Shown here piece after piece: positions 51,524 through 61,456 of a stretch of DNA of 64,000 nucleotides (positions are counted from its first letter, which is position 1; each line of letters starts with the position of its first letter). The notes under the pieces are model-generated. The model was given only the letters and a program-made list of their open reading frames with translations, was not told the DNA's origin and made no database searches. The stretch is from Candidatus Poribacteria bacterium (lineage in GTDB: Bacteria > Poribacteria > WGA-4E > WGA-3G): positions 5,280,001 through 5,344,000 of the forward strand of contig OZ251518.1 in NCBI GenBank assembly GCA_965242965.1, given 5' to 3'. Position numbers and translations under genes: made by a program.

Positions 51524-52447
51524 ATGAATCAGATGGCGAAACGTGAAAGAAGAACTCGGGTGAAAGAGAGACCGGTTATCGGCGCGCCTACGGCGAAAGA
51601 CTTCGCAAGTGATACGCGCCCGGACTGGTGTCCTCAGTGCGGCGATTTCGGGGTGCTACGTTCACTCCAAATGGCTTACGCGAAAAGCGGCCGCAGCAAC
51701 CATGAACATCTCACCGTGAGCGGTATCGGATGTTCATCAAACCTTCCCGGTTATGTTCGGACGTACGGCATGCACACGCTGCACGGCCGGGCCCTCGCTG
51801 TAGCCACCGGCGCGAAACTAGCGAATCACGAGATGAACGTCGTCGTCACCGGCGGAGATGGAGACGGATACGGTATCGGCGGCAACCATTTCGTTCACAC
51901 GATGCGGAAGAACGTCGATCTTCTCTACATCGTGATGAACAACCAGATTTACGGGCTGACTGTCGGGCAGACCTCGCCGACCAGCCTCATGGGTATGAAA
52001 ACTTACAGCACGCCGTTCGGCAACATTGAGGAGCCGATTAATCCGATTGCGATGGCCGTCGTTGCCGGTGCAACGTATGTCGCGAGAGGGTTCAGCGGTA
52101 ACCCAAGGCAACTGGCAGACCTGATGTATAACGGCATGCAGCACAAGGGATTTGCCCTCATTGACGTGTTCAGTCCCTGCGTCACGTTCAATAAGGACAA
52201 TACCTTTGACTTCTTTAAACCGCGCGTTCAGGACCTGCCGGAATCCCACGATGTCTCTGATAAGGCCGCTGCCTTGGAGGAGGCTGTCAAGTGGGGCGAT
52301 GAAATTCCGATCGGCCTGTTCTATCAGGATTCCGAGCGGCCCTCGCTGGAGCAGATGGAACCCGTGTTGGAAAATGGCCCGATGGCGCACCAGCCGCTCG
52401 GCATTTCCAAGGAACAAGGCGAATCGATTACTCGCCGCCTGATGTAG
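51524..52447 (+). CDS. korB: 2-oxoacid:ferredoxin oxidoreductase beta subunit
   Basis: WCPQCGD, SGIGCS, HGRA, GDGD, SPCVTF. Confidence 0.93.
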   Translation: MNQMAKRERRTRVKERPVIGAPTAKDFASDTRPDWCPQCGDFGVLRSLQMAYAKSGRSNHEHLTVSGIGCSSNLPGYVRTYGMHTLHGRALAVATGAKLANHEMNVVVTGGDGDGYGIGGNHFVHTMRKNVDLLYIVMNNQIYGLTVGQTSPTSLMGMKTYSTPFGNIEEPINPIAMAVVAGATYVARGFSGNPRQLADLMYNGMQHKGFALIDVFSPCVTFNKDNTFDFFKPRVQDLPESHDVSDKAAALEEAVKWGDEIPIGLFYQDSERPSLEQMEPVLENGPMAHQPLGISKEQGESITRRLM

Positions 52448-52507
52448 CGGGGCACCTTACATGCGCGAATGGATGTCGCTTTTGTCCGTTCGCGCACCTG
52501 AACTATC

Positions 52508-52543
52508 AAACAGGCGGATGGATATTTCTATCCGCCTGTTTTT
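52508..52543 (+). terminator. Intrinsic terminator after korB
   Basis: aaacaggcggat...atccgcctgttttt. Confidence 0.75.
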
Positions 52544-52571
52544 GCGTACCTACCCACTTCGGGGCTTCACT

Positions 52572-53279
52572 ATGCGTCTGCATGCAACCGGCATCACAAA
52601 GGACTTCGGCTCTCGTCCGATTGTTAAAGACGTTGACATTGCAGTTGACGCAGGAGAAGTCGTCACGATTTTCGGTCCGAACGGTGCGGGCAAGACAACG
52701 CTGCTGAAGATTCTCGCGACGCTCCTCCGTCCGACATCCGGGCGGCTTGTGATTGAAGGCACGGACGCGCTGGCAGATACGCTGGCTGTCCGCGACGCGC
52801 TCGGTGTCGTTATCCATGAACCCTTGGCATACCCCGATTTCAGTCCTTATGAAAATCTCAAATTTTTCGGGCGCATGTATGGCATTGCGCGATTAGAAGA
52901 ACGCTGCACGACGCTCCTCGCGGAAGTCGGGTTGAACCGTTTTATCCATGAACCGCTTCGGCACTTCTCACGCGGCATGACGCAGCGGTTTATGATAGCG
53001 AGGGCTTTGCTCCATCATCCATCAGTATTGCTATTCGATGAGCCTTTCTCCGGGCTTGATGCCGCTGCCAAGCAGTTTGTCCTCCAACGGATCGCGCGAG
53101 AACAGCACGATGGCAAGGGCATTATCATCACCACGCACAACACAGAATTAGGCTATCTTGCTGGCACAAGGTTTCTTTTCATGATAAACGGCGAGTTGGA
53201 AGCAGTGGCCAATAAAGATGACATTGCTGTGGGCGCATTGGTGCGATTATATGAGGAGCGGGTGGTAAATCTGGTTTAG
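52572..53279 (+). CDS. ccmA: Heme exporter ATP-binding protein
   Basis: GPNGAGKT, FSRGM, LFDEPFSGLD; ccm context. Confidence 0.85.
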   Translation: MRLHATGITKDFGSRPIVKDVDIAVDAGEVVTIFGPNGAGKTTLLKILATLLRPTSGRLVIEGTDALADTLAVRDALGVVIHEPLAYPDFSPYENLKFFGRMYGIARLEERCTTLLAEVGLNRFIHEPLRHFSRGMTQRFMIARALLHHPSVLLFDEPFSGLDAAAKQFVLQRIAREQHDGKGIIITTHNTELGYLAGTRFLFMINGELEAVANKDDIAVGALVRLYEERVVNLV

Positions 53280-53355
53280 AAATTTCGGATGCGTTTTGCA
53301 TGCATTCTGCGGAATATGCTATAATGCATAGTAGCGGCGTGCAAGGAGAATTCTA

Positions 53356-53928
53356 GTGAAAGAGCATCGGGTATCTCTGTTAAGTCTCAGACAAGTCTGG
53401 GAGAAGCCGGGTATTTTTATCTTTCTGGCTCAAGTCATCGTATTTTATATCATCGTTGGGCATCACGAAATCGGGAAGGGAAACGGGTTCGCCGAGACGC
53501 TCATCGCTATCTTTGGGCATGTCGCACTCTTCATTCCGGTTGCGATTTTCCACACGATGGTCTTCACTGAAGTAGGAGGTTGGCTGATGATTAAGTATCA
53601 AATGTTCATGGATGAGCGCGCCCAGCGGATTGCGAACGCGGAGGCGAAGGGGAAAGCCGAGGGTATCGCCCAAGGCAAAGCCGAAGGCAAGGCAGAGGGT
53701 AAAGCCGAGGGTATTGCCCAAGGCAAAGCCGAGGGTATTACCGAGGGTATCGCCCAAGGGAAAGCCGCAGGCATCGCCGAGGGCAAGGCCGCAGGCATCG
53801 CCGAGGGCATCGCCGAGCGCGACCGGGAGTGGACAGATTGGAATAATCGACGGCTGGATGCGGCAGCGAAAGGACAACCCTTTGATGAACCGCCGCCGTT
53901 GAATACGCCACCGGCACCCCCGCAATAG
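53356..53928 (+). CDS. Two-TM membrane protein with (K/I)AEG repeat tail
   Basis: Own TTGCAT..TATAAT promoter and AGGAG RBS; about 13 four-residue repeats. Confidence 0.75.
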   Translation: MKEHRVSLLSLRQVWEKPGIFIFLAQVIVFYIIVGHHEIGKGNGFAETLIAIFGHVALFIPVAIFHTMVFTEVGGWLMIKYQMFMDERAQRIANAEAKGKAEGIAQGKAEGKAEGKAEGIAQGKAEGITEGIAQGKAAGIAEGKAAGIAEGIAERDREWTDWNNRRLDAAAKGQPFDEPPPLNTPPAPPQ

Positions 53929-54006
53929 TGCGCGGGAAACGCCGCTTTGTTCCGTAGGGCGAGGGACAGGCCCTCGCCTTACAAGAAGCCAAAGTGAGGT
54001 TGGCTG

Positions 54007-54216
54007 ATGATTAAGTATCAAATGTTCATGGATGAGCGCGCGCAGCGAATTGCGAACGCGGAGGCGAAAGGCAAGGCCGAGGGCATCGCCGAGGGCATCG
54101 CCGAGCGCGACCGGGAGTGGACAGACTGGAATAATCGGCGGCTGGATGCGGCAGCGAAAGGACAACCCTTTGATGAACCGCCGCCGTTGAATACGCCACC
54201 GGCACCCCCGCAATAG
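54007..54216 (+). CDS. Mini-ORF duplicating the C-terminus of the upstream gene
   Basis: GAGG RBS; same peptide except 11 fewer repeat units. Confidence 0.65.
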   Translation: MIKYQMFMDERAQRIANAEAKGKAEGIAEGIAERDREWTDWNNRRLDAAAKGQPFDEPPPLNTPPAPPQ

Positions 54217-54288
54217 TGCGCGGGAAACGCCGCTTTGTTCCGTAGGGCGAGGGACAGGCCCTCGCCCTACAACTCAAAGGTAACGTTG

Positions 54289-54981
54289 ATGAAGGAAACC
54301 GTCCATCACATTAGCACGCTCATTCGGAAAGACCTCGGGCTCCATTTCCGTTCAAAAGAGACATTGGCTTTAATCTTTGTCTTTAGTCTGCTAGTTGTCC
54401 TCATCTTCGCGTTCGCGTTCGGGCCGATTTTCCCAGAGAAAGCGGAACGCGGCAAACTCACCGCCAGCGTCCTCTGGGCCGCCTTCGTCTTCGCAGGAAT
54501 TATCACCTTAAACCGTTCATTCGCGCTTGAAAGGACAAGTGGTGCCTTGCACGGTATCCGACTAACAGGCGTTGATGCTAGCAACTTCTACCTCGCTAAG
54601 GTTATCAGCAACCTCATTTTTCTTTTGCTGTTAGAAGTTGTCATCACGCCGATTGCACTGCAATTCTTGGATCTCCTTAATTTCGTGACGGTAGGCGTGC
54701 TGCTGAAATTGATAGGCGTATTGAGCATCGGCACCCTCGGCTTCTGTGCCGTCGGCGTGCTCCTGGCAGGCATGTCAACGAGTGTCGGCGGTGAAAGCCT
54801 CCTCTCGGTAATCTTACTGCCGCTCGTTCTCCCGATTATCATGGGCGGCGCGAAATGCACCGTATCCCTGCTCGTCAATGGGACGGCGGCAAGCGGGATG
54901 TGGCTGAATTTGTTAGTCGGGTATAGTCTCATTTTCTTAGCCGCCGCCTATCTCCTCGCCGAGGCTGTGATTGAGGAATAA
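54289..54981 (+). CDS. ccmB: Heme exporter permease
   Basis: Six hydrophobic helices; RKDL, NRSF..E, LLSVILLPL. Confidence 0.88.
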   Translation: MKETVHHISTLIRKDLGLHFRSKETLALIFVFSLLVVLIFAFAFGPIFPEKAERGKLTASVLWAAFVFAGIITLNRSFALERTSGALHGIRLTGVDASNFYLAKVISNLIFLLLLEVVITPIALQFLDLLNFVTVGVLLKLIGVLSIGTLGFCAVGVLLAGMSTSVGGESLLSVILLPLVLPIIMGGAKCTVSLLVNGTAASGMWLNLLVGYSLIFLAAAYLLAEAVIEE

Positions 54982-54995
54982 CAGAGGAACATCTT

Positions 54996-57672
54996 ATGTC
55001 TAAAAAACCGATCGATCATTATCAACACCGCGATAAACGCGCCAACAACCCAACGCAAGAGCTCAGCGGGTTTGCCGAAGACGCGGAGACGCAACCCGAC
55101 ACTATCCGCTACCCGCGCGATACTGCGCTGGACCCGCAGCTCGTCTGGCGCGGCAAGGACGCACAGAACGCTGAAGCCCTCGGGGTTAACGCCGTGCCAA
55201 TCTATGCGCAGGAGCACATCCAACCGCAAGCGATTATTGAGGCTCTCCGCGCCCAAAAAGCGCAGGACGAACCGGGGCAAACCGAGATGCTCTTTGAGGG
55301 ATTCAACGCGCTAGAATTTGGACAGCGCATTGAGTTCTATCAGCACGAACAGAATTGGAATAACCGCTTCATTTTAGGCGATTCGCTCCTCGTTATGAAT
55401 TCCCTCGCCGAGAAAGAGGGGCTTAAAAGCCGAGTGCAGACGATATACTTCGATCCGCCTTACGGCATCAAATTCGGGAGTAACTGGCAAGTCAGCACCC
55501 GAAAACCGAGCGTCGGCGATACGAAAACGGAAGATGTGACGCTCCAACCGGAACAAATCCGCGCGTTCCGAGATACGTGGGAACTCGGCATCCACTCCTA
55601 TTTGGCGTATCTGCGCGACCGGCTTACTGTGGCGCGCGAACTCCTCACCGATAGCGGCAGTATCTTCGTCCAAATCAGTGACGAAAACGTCCATCTCGTC
55701 CGTTCGCTATTAGACGAGGTTTTCGGCAGTGACAATTTTGTCACCACAATTGCTTGGACCCGGGCGGAAACTACTTCTTCGACATCCATCTCGTCGGTAT
55801 TTGATTATCTGTTATGGTATGCCAAAGATCGGAATCGGATGAAGTATCGGCAGCTCTATATGGAATGGGACGAACGCAAACCGGACCCGCTCCTTAAATC
55901 TTATGAGCGGGTGCAGCTGCCGGATGGAACACAGCGCAGAATGACGCGTAAAGAGAAGCAAGATCCGAGTCTGCTGCCTGTGGGAAGTCGGAGATTAGTG
56001 GATTATTCGGTTACCTCAGAGACAGCAGGTAATGCCACTTATGAATATGAATTTGAAGGCAGAGGTTTCACGCCAACAAGCGATAGAGGTTGGGCTGCCA
56101 GCCGCGAAGGACTAGATAGACTTGCCAAACAGGGCAGGCTTTTGGCACCGGGTAAATCTTTGCGCTATATTCGATACGCTACCGATTCACCCGGCCGCGC
56201 GCTTACGAACCTTTGGACAGATACCGCGGGAGGACGCTCTGGGAAAACCTATGTCGTTGAGACGCAACCGAAAGTCATCCAACGGTGCATTCTGATGACA
56301 AGCGACCCGGGTGATCTTGTCCTCGATCCCACTTGCGGCAGCGGCACCACCGCCTACGTCGCAGAACAATGGGGCAGACGGTGGATAACAATTGATACCT
56401 CCCGTGTTGCCCTCGCCTTGGCGCGCACGCGGCTCATGTCCGCTGTCTATCCTTACTATCGTTTGGAAGATGCCACCGATATCAAGCAGGGGTTTTCCTA
56501 CAAAACCGCGCCGCACATCAGCCTCTCGGATATGGCGAACAACCTTGAGATTGACGACATCCATGCCGAGTATGCACCGAAATTAGACGAGATTCGTGAA
56601 TTACTAAACTCGCGTTTAGAGAAGGGGGGGGTCTTGGGAAGATTGGGAAGTTCCTCAAGAACCCGATCCTTCGTGGAGTGCGGAAACGCAGCAACTGCAC
56701 AAACGGTGGCTTTCCCTCAAGCGTGAGCGGCAGGCGGAGATGGATGCGTCTACGGCGCGTCGTGCCACCAGCGAGATACTCTATGATAGACCGCATGTTG
56801 ACAGAAGTCGGACGCGCGTCGCCGGTCCGTTTACGGTGGAGAGTTTATCGCCGCACCGCATGCAAGAGGGTGCCGATACTGCGCCGCCTGTGGAATCACC
56901 GGATTTTCATGCGCACATCGTGGAGCATCTGAAGAGTGCGGGTGTGCAGAATCGCATTCGGGAACAACGGCTAACGTTTGACTGGCTGTCGCCGTTCCCC
57001 GGCGAGTATCTCCATGCCGAGGGTGCCTATACCGACGAAAACGGTGAATCACAGAGTGTCGCGATTAGCATCGGGCCGCAGTATGAGACTGTGGGTAGAC
57101 AGTGGATGGAAGGCGCAGCGCGCGAGGCGATGCGTCGTATCCCGAAATTCAAGCAGCTCATCGTTTTAGGGTTCGCCTTTGAGGGATACACGGCGGATGA
57201 GCGCACCCGCATGGGGAGTCTCCCGATTCTTCCGATTAAGATGAGCCCGGAATTGATGATAGGCGAACTCAAGAACACCGGCGCGGGCAATCTCTTCATG
57301 AACTTCGGCGAACCTGACATTGAACTCCAACGGCAGGATGATGGCAGACTCGTCGTGAAGTTGTTAGGCGTTGATGTGTTCGATGCACGGCAAGGCTTGG
57401 TGCGTTCGGATAACCCTGATGAGATTGCCTGCTGGTTTATTGACACCGACTACAACGATGAGGCGTTTTTCATGCGGCATGCCTATTTCACCGGCGCAGA
57501 CGAACCTTACGAGAAACTGAAGCAGACGTTGAGTGACGACATTGACGAGGCGGCGTGGGAGAGTCTGTATCGGACAGAGAGTCTTCCGTTTATGGGGTCT
57601 ACCTCCGGCAAAATCGCGGTGAAAGTGATTAATCACTACGGGGACGAGGTCTTGAAGGTTTACGAGGTGTAA
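54996..57672 (+). pseudogene. mod: Type III-like DNA methyltransferase frameshifted at a G8 tract (56624-56631)
   Basis: FDPPYG and DPTCGSGTT; removing one G joins to SWEDWEVP...RQAEMDAS and the C-terminal IAVKVINHYGDEVLKV. Confidence 0.88.
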
Positions 57673-57685
57673 TTTTTCCTAAAAG

Positions 57686-57714
57686 TTGCATTTCGTCGCG
57701 CGATGTGGTATAAT
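57686..57714 (+). promoter_or_regulatory. Sigma70-type promoter of the ATPase-PIN array
   Basis: TTGCAT-17 bp-TATAAT with TG extension. Confidence 0.75.
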
Positions 57715-57738
57715 TACAGTCAAAGGAGACAGGAAGCC

Positions 57739-59055
57739 ATGATTACGCATATCCGCGTGAAAAACTTCAAATCGTGGGCGGACAGCGGAGCGGTGAAACT
57801 CGCGCCGCTGACGGGATTTTTCGGTACGAATAGTTCTGGGAAGAGCAGTCTGTTGCAGATGCTGTTGTTGCTGAAGCAGACTATCGGCCGCGAAGAGGTG
57901 CTCTTCTTCGGTGATGAGTCTTCGTTGGTGAATCTGGGAAGTTTCCACGATGTCATTCATGGGCATGACACCGATGCCTTGCTGGAGTTGGAATTCGGAT
58001 GCAACCTCTGGCAACCGGGGGGAATCAGGATTCTTGGCAGAGATACCGACTGGAGAATACAGAATCTTCAAATCTCTGTTGACACTTTCACTTTTACCAC
58101 GTCTATCCGGCAAAAACAGCATTCTCTCAGCGTTGCTTCCATTCGCTATGGTTTGGACTCCGGCGATGTTCCAGAGGTTCGTTGGGAGAATGGCAGCTGG
58201 TCTTATAGAGAATTGCTTGGCAGACAACCTAGTTGGCGTGAGCAAATATCGGATTGCTACGGTGGTTCTGTTTCAGCAGATGTCGTAAAGCCGCTCGCCT
58301 TTGCATTTGAGAGGCAATTTTCTCACGTGTATTACCTCGGGCCGGCTCGGGTTACGCCCCAGCGATGTTATCATTGGGAAGGCACACATCCGCGTGACAC
58401 CGGGTTGTGGGGCGATAAAACGATTGACGCTCTACTCTCCGCTCGCGTGAAACGGCTGATAACCCACTATCAGGGAGAACACCGGCAAATCGAGGAGCGG
58501 GTATCAGCATGGCTCCAGGCTATGGAGCTCGCCTCTGCTTTTTCGCTAGATTCCAGTAACAATGGCGACGGAAGGGACTATGAAGTTCGCATCAAAAAAG
58601 ATAGCGTCAGTCCTGAGGTAACGCTGGTTGACATGGGGTATGGGTTATCGCAGTTTCTCCCTGTCCTCGTTCTCTGCTATTACGCACCGGAGGGTTCAAC
58701 GCTCATTCTGGAGCAACCGGGCATGCACCTGCATCCGAAGGTTCAATCGCAACTGGCAGACCTGCTAATAGAGGTTGTCACGGAACGGAATCTCCAAGTG
58801 CTGGTGGAGAGCCACAGCGAACATCTACTCAACCGGTTGCAGCGGCGCATCGCCGAAGAGCAGATTTCTGTTGATAAAACTGCCCTCTATTTTTGTCGTA
58901 ACGAGCGTGGCGTTTCCGCTCGTGAGCGGCTAGAAGTAGACGAATTCGGTAACATCGCGAATTGGCCGGAAAACTTTTTCGGCGACGAGATGGGCGATTT
59001 GTTGGCGATGGCTCAAGCGCAAATGGAACGGCAAAAACGGGCGGGGGAGTCATGA
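57739..59055 (+). CDS. ABC/AAA_15-type ATPase with DUF3696-like C-terminus, copy 1
   Basis: NFKS, GTNSSGKS, GYGLSQ, LILEQPG.HLHP, ESHSEH, WPENFF. Confidence 0.88.
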   Translation: MITHIRVKNFKSWADSGAVKLAPLTGFFGTNSSGKSSLLQMLLLLKQTIGREEVLFFGDESSLVNLGSFHDVIHGHDTDALLELEFGCNLWQPGGIRILGRDTDWRIQNLQISVDTFTFTTSIRQKQHSLSVASIRYGLDSGDVPEVRWENGSWSYRELLGRQPSWREQISDCYGGSVSADVVKPLAFAFERQFSHVYYLGPARVTPQRCYHWEGTHPRDTGLWGDKTIDALLSARVKRLITHYQGEHRQIEERVSAWLQAMELASAFSLDSSNNGDGRDYEVRIKKDSVSPEVTLVDMGYGLSQFLPVLVLCYYAPEGSTLILEQPGMHLHPKVQSQLADLLIEVVTERNLQVLVESHSEHLLNRLQRRIAEEQISVDKTALYFCRNERGVSARERLEVDEFGNIANWPENFFGDEMGDLLAMAQAQMERQKRAGES

Positions 59056-59582
59056 ACGCAGTTATCGTAGACACGAATGTCATCGGCATCGCAAATCGTA
59101 AAGGAGAGCACGCGTCACTGGCCTGTATTGAACACTGTCAACGGCGGCTCCATCAGATTCTCTCCCGCCGCGAAAAGGTGGTTGTTGACGATGCGTGGCG
59201 AATTTTTGGAGAATACACCAGATACGTAGACACCGGCACCCGTAAAGGGATCGGCGATATCTTCGTGAAAACATTGCTGCAAAACTTAAGGAAGCCTGCG
59301 ATTTGTGAGATGGTGCATATCACGCCATTGGCTGGAAACGGCACCGATTTCGCTGAGTTTCCTACCGATGCGGCGTTGAGCAAATTCGATCCGGACGACA
59401 GAAAATTTATCGCTGTCGCCTGCGCGTATCGGCAAACCTCCGGACAATCCGCGACTATCCTGCTAGCGATAGATAGAGGGTGGCTTGACTTTGTGGGTGC
59501 TTTGGCGGCACATGAAGTCGCGATTGACTTCCTCTGTGAGGCGGACATTCAGCGACCTCGTCCAGATGAACAGAGGAGTTAA
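59052..59582 (+). CDS. PIN-like nuclease, copy 1
   Basis: VIVDTNV, GEY, DPDDRKFIAVA, AID; ATGA overlap. Confidence 0.75.
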   Translation: MNAVIVDTNVIGIANRKGEHASLACIEHCQRRLHQILSRREKVVVDDAWRIFGEYTRYVDTGTRKGIGDIFVKTLLQNLRKPAICEMVHITPLAGNGTDFAEFPTDAALSKFDPDDRKFIAVACAYRQTSGQSATILLAIDRGWLDFVGALAAHEVAIDFLCEADIQRPRPDEQRS

Positions 59583-59585
59583 GAA

Positions 59586-60914
59586 ATGTTGACGCACATC
59601 CGACTGCAAAACTTCAAATCGTGGGCAGACAGTGGGGAGGTGGTTCTTGCGCCGCTGACAGGCTTTTTCGGAACGAATAGTTCTGGGAAGAGCAGTCTGT
59701 TGCAGATGCTGTTGTTGCTGAAGCAGACTATCGGCCGCGAAGAGGTGCTGTTTTTCGGGGACGCGCAGTCGCTGGTGAATCTGGGGAGTTTCGGTGACGT
59801 GATTCATGGACACAACACCGATGCTTCGCTGACATTGGAATTCGGATGCAAGCCCCGGAAACCCGTGAAGATCAGCGTGCCTGACGTGAACGCCACTGAA
59901 CATCCAGACGCTCTTTCTGCCCCCATTGGTAGTTTCACTTTCACCACGTCTATCCGTGAAGAAAGGGGAAATTTGAAAGTTGCGCGCCTTCGTTACAAGC
60001 TGCTTTCCGGGGATGTTTCCAAAGTTTCTTGGGAAAAGGGACGCTGGATTCACAGCAATTCGCGCGGCGAATCCGTAGGAGGGAGTAGCACTATCAAGAA
60101 CTGCTGCGGGTCCCCTGAGTGGCGTTTAAGTGAAGTATTAGGGCCTCTGACCGCCGCGTTTGAAGATCAATTCTCTCGCGTTTATTACCTCGGTCCAACC
60201 CGTGTTCATCCGCAACGGCACTATCATTGGAATGGCAAGCATCCGGTGGAGATGGGTTTGTTTGGGGATCAGGCGATCGACGCGCTCCTTTCGGCGCGCG
60301 TGCGGAATCTGAAAACTTCCCACAACGGCAACGGCGTTCCAATTGAAAACCGAGTATCAGCGTGGCTGCAAAAGATGGAGCTCGCGCACGATTTTTGGCT
60401 GGGCCCGAACAGGTCTTCGGACAATAGTACCTACGAGGTTCGCATTCAAAAAAGCCCTTCTAGCGCAAGGGTGACTTTGGCAGACATGGGCTACGGCTTG
60501 GCGGATCTGTTGCCGATCTTAGTCCACTGCTACTATGTGCCAGAAGGCTCGACGTTGATTCTAGAGCAGCCCGGCATTCATCTGCATCCGCATACACAGG
60601 CGCAACTCGCCGACCTGTTTTTAGAGGTGATTGCCGAACGAAATCTCCAAATTCTGATTGAGAGCCACAGCGAGCAGTTGTTGACGCGCCTGCAGCGGCG
60701 CATTGCGGAAAAAAAGGTTGCACAGGACACCATCGCCTTGTATTTTTGCCGTAACACCGACGGTGCCTCTACTATTGAGAAATTAGAGGTAGACGCACTG
60801 GGGGATATCCACAACTGGCCGGAATACTTCTTCGGGGATGTGATGGGCGACATGTTCGCAGTCACTGATGTCCAAGTTGAACGTCTTCAATCCCAAGAGG
60901 AAGCGAGCGGTTAG
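59586..60914 (+). CDS. ABC/AAA_15-type ATPase with DUF3696-like C-terminus, copy 2
   Basis: Same motifs as copy 1; divergent central region. Confidence 0.88.
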   Translation: MLTHIRLQNFKSWADSGEVVLAPLTGFFGTNSSGKSSLLQMLLLLKQTIGREEVLFFGDAQSLVNLGSFGDVIHGHNTDASLTLEFGCKPRKPVKISVPDVNATEHPDALSAPIGSFTFTTSIREERGNLKVARLRYKLLSGDVSKVSWEKGRWIHSNSRGESVGGSSTIKNCCGSPEWRLSEVLGPLTAAFEDQFSRVYYLGPTRVHPQRHYHWNGKHPVEMGLFGDQAIDALLSARVRNLKTSHNGNGVPIENRVSAWLQKMELAHDFWLGPNRSSDNSTYEVRIQKSPSSARVTLADMGYGLADLLPILVHCYYVPEGSTLILEQPGIHLHPHTQAQLADLFLEVIAERNLQILIESHSEQLLTRLQRRIAEKKVAQDTIALYFCRNTDGASTIEKLEVDALGDIHNWPEYFFGDVMGDMFAVTDVQVERLQSQEEASG

Positions 60915-61453
60915 TGAACACCGTTATCCTTGATACCAACGTGATTGTCATCGCGAATGGCCAAGCACCTCAGGCATCCGCGGATTGCGTGAGGCGATGT
61001 CGTCAGCGGCTGGCTCTTATTCTCAGCGGTTCGGAGAAAGTGGTGTTAGACTACGGACAGCGCATTCTGCAAGAATACAGGCGAAATCTGAGAGGTGAAA
61101 GACATCCTCGGCGCGGGCGCGGCGATCTGTTTTTGCAGTGGTTAAGACAAAATCAGTGGAACGAGGAAAGGTGCTCCCTTGTCCATATTACGCCGCTAAC
61201 CGGCAACGGTAACGATTTCGCCGAATTCCCGAACGAGGATACCGCGTTAGCGACTTTTCACAAAAAGGATAGGAAATTCATCGCTGTCGCCTGCGCGTAT
61301 CGGCAAACCTCCGGGCACGCCGCGACTATTCTGCTGGCGATAGATAGAGGGTGGCTTGACTTTGTGGGCGCGCTGACGGCACATGAAGTCGCGATCGACT
61401 TCCTCTGCGAGAGGGACATTCAGCAGCCCCGTCAAGACGAACTGAGGAATTAA
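60914..61453 (+). CDS. PIN-like nuclease, copy 2
   Basis: VILDTNV, QEY, KDRKFIAVA, AID. Confidence 0.75.
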   Translation: MNTVILDTNVIVIANGQAPQASADCVRRCRQRLALILSGSEKVVLDYGQRILQEYRRNLRGERHPRRGRGDLFLQWLRQNQWNEERCSLVHITPLTGNGNDFAEFPNEDTALATFHKKDRKFIAVACAYRQTSGHAATILLAIDRGWLDFVGALTAHEVAIDFLCERDIQQPRQDELRN

Positions 61454-61456
61454 GAC

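Noticed and set aside
53380-54213. 277-aa minus-strand ORF
   Set aside because: Antisense of the AEG-repeat genes; repetitive GC-rich DNA stays open by chance
53577-54272. Duplicated segment as a DGR template/variable repeat pair
   Set aside because: Differences are synonymous, not adenine-specific, and no reverse transcriptase is in the window
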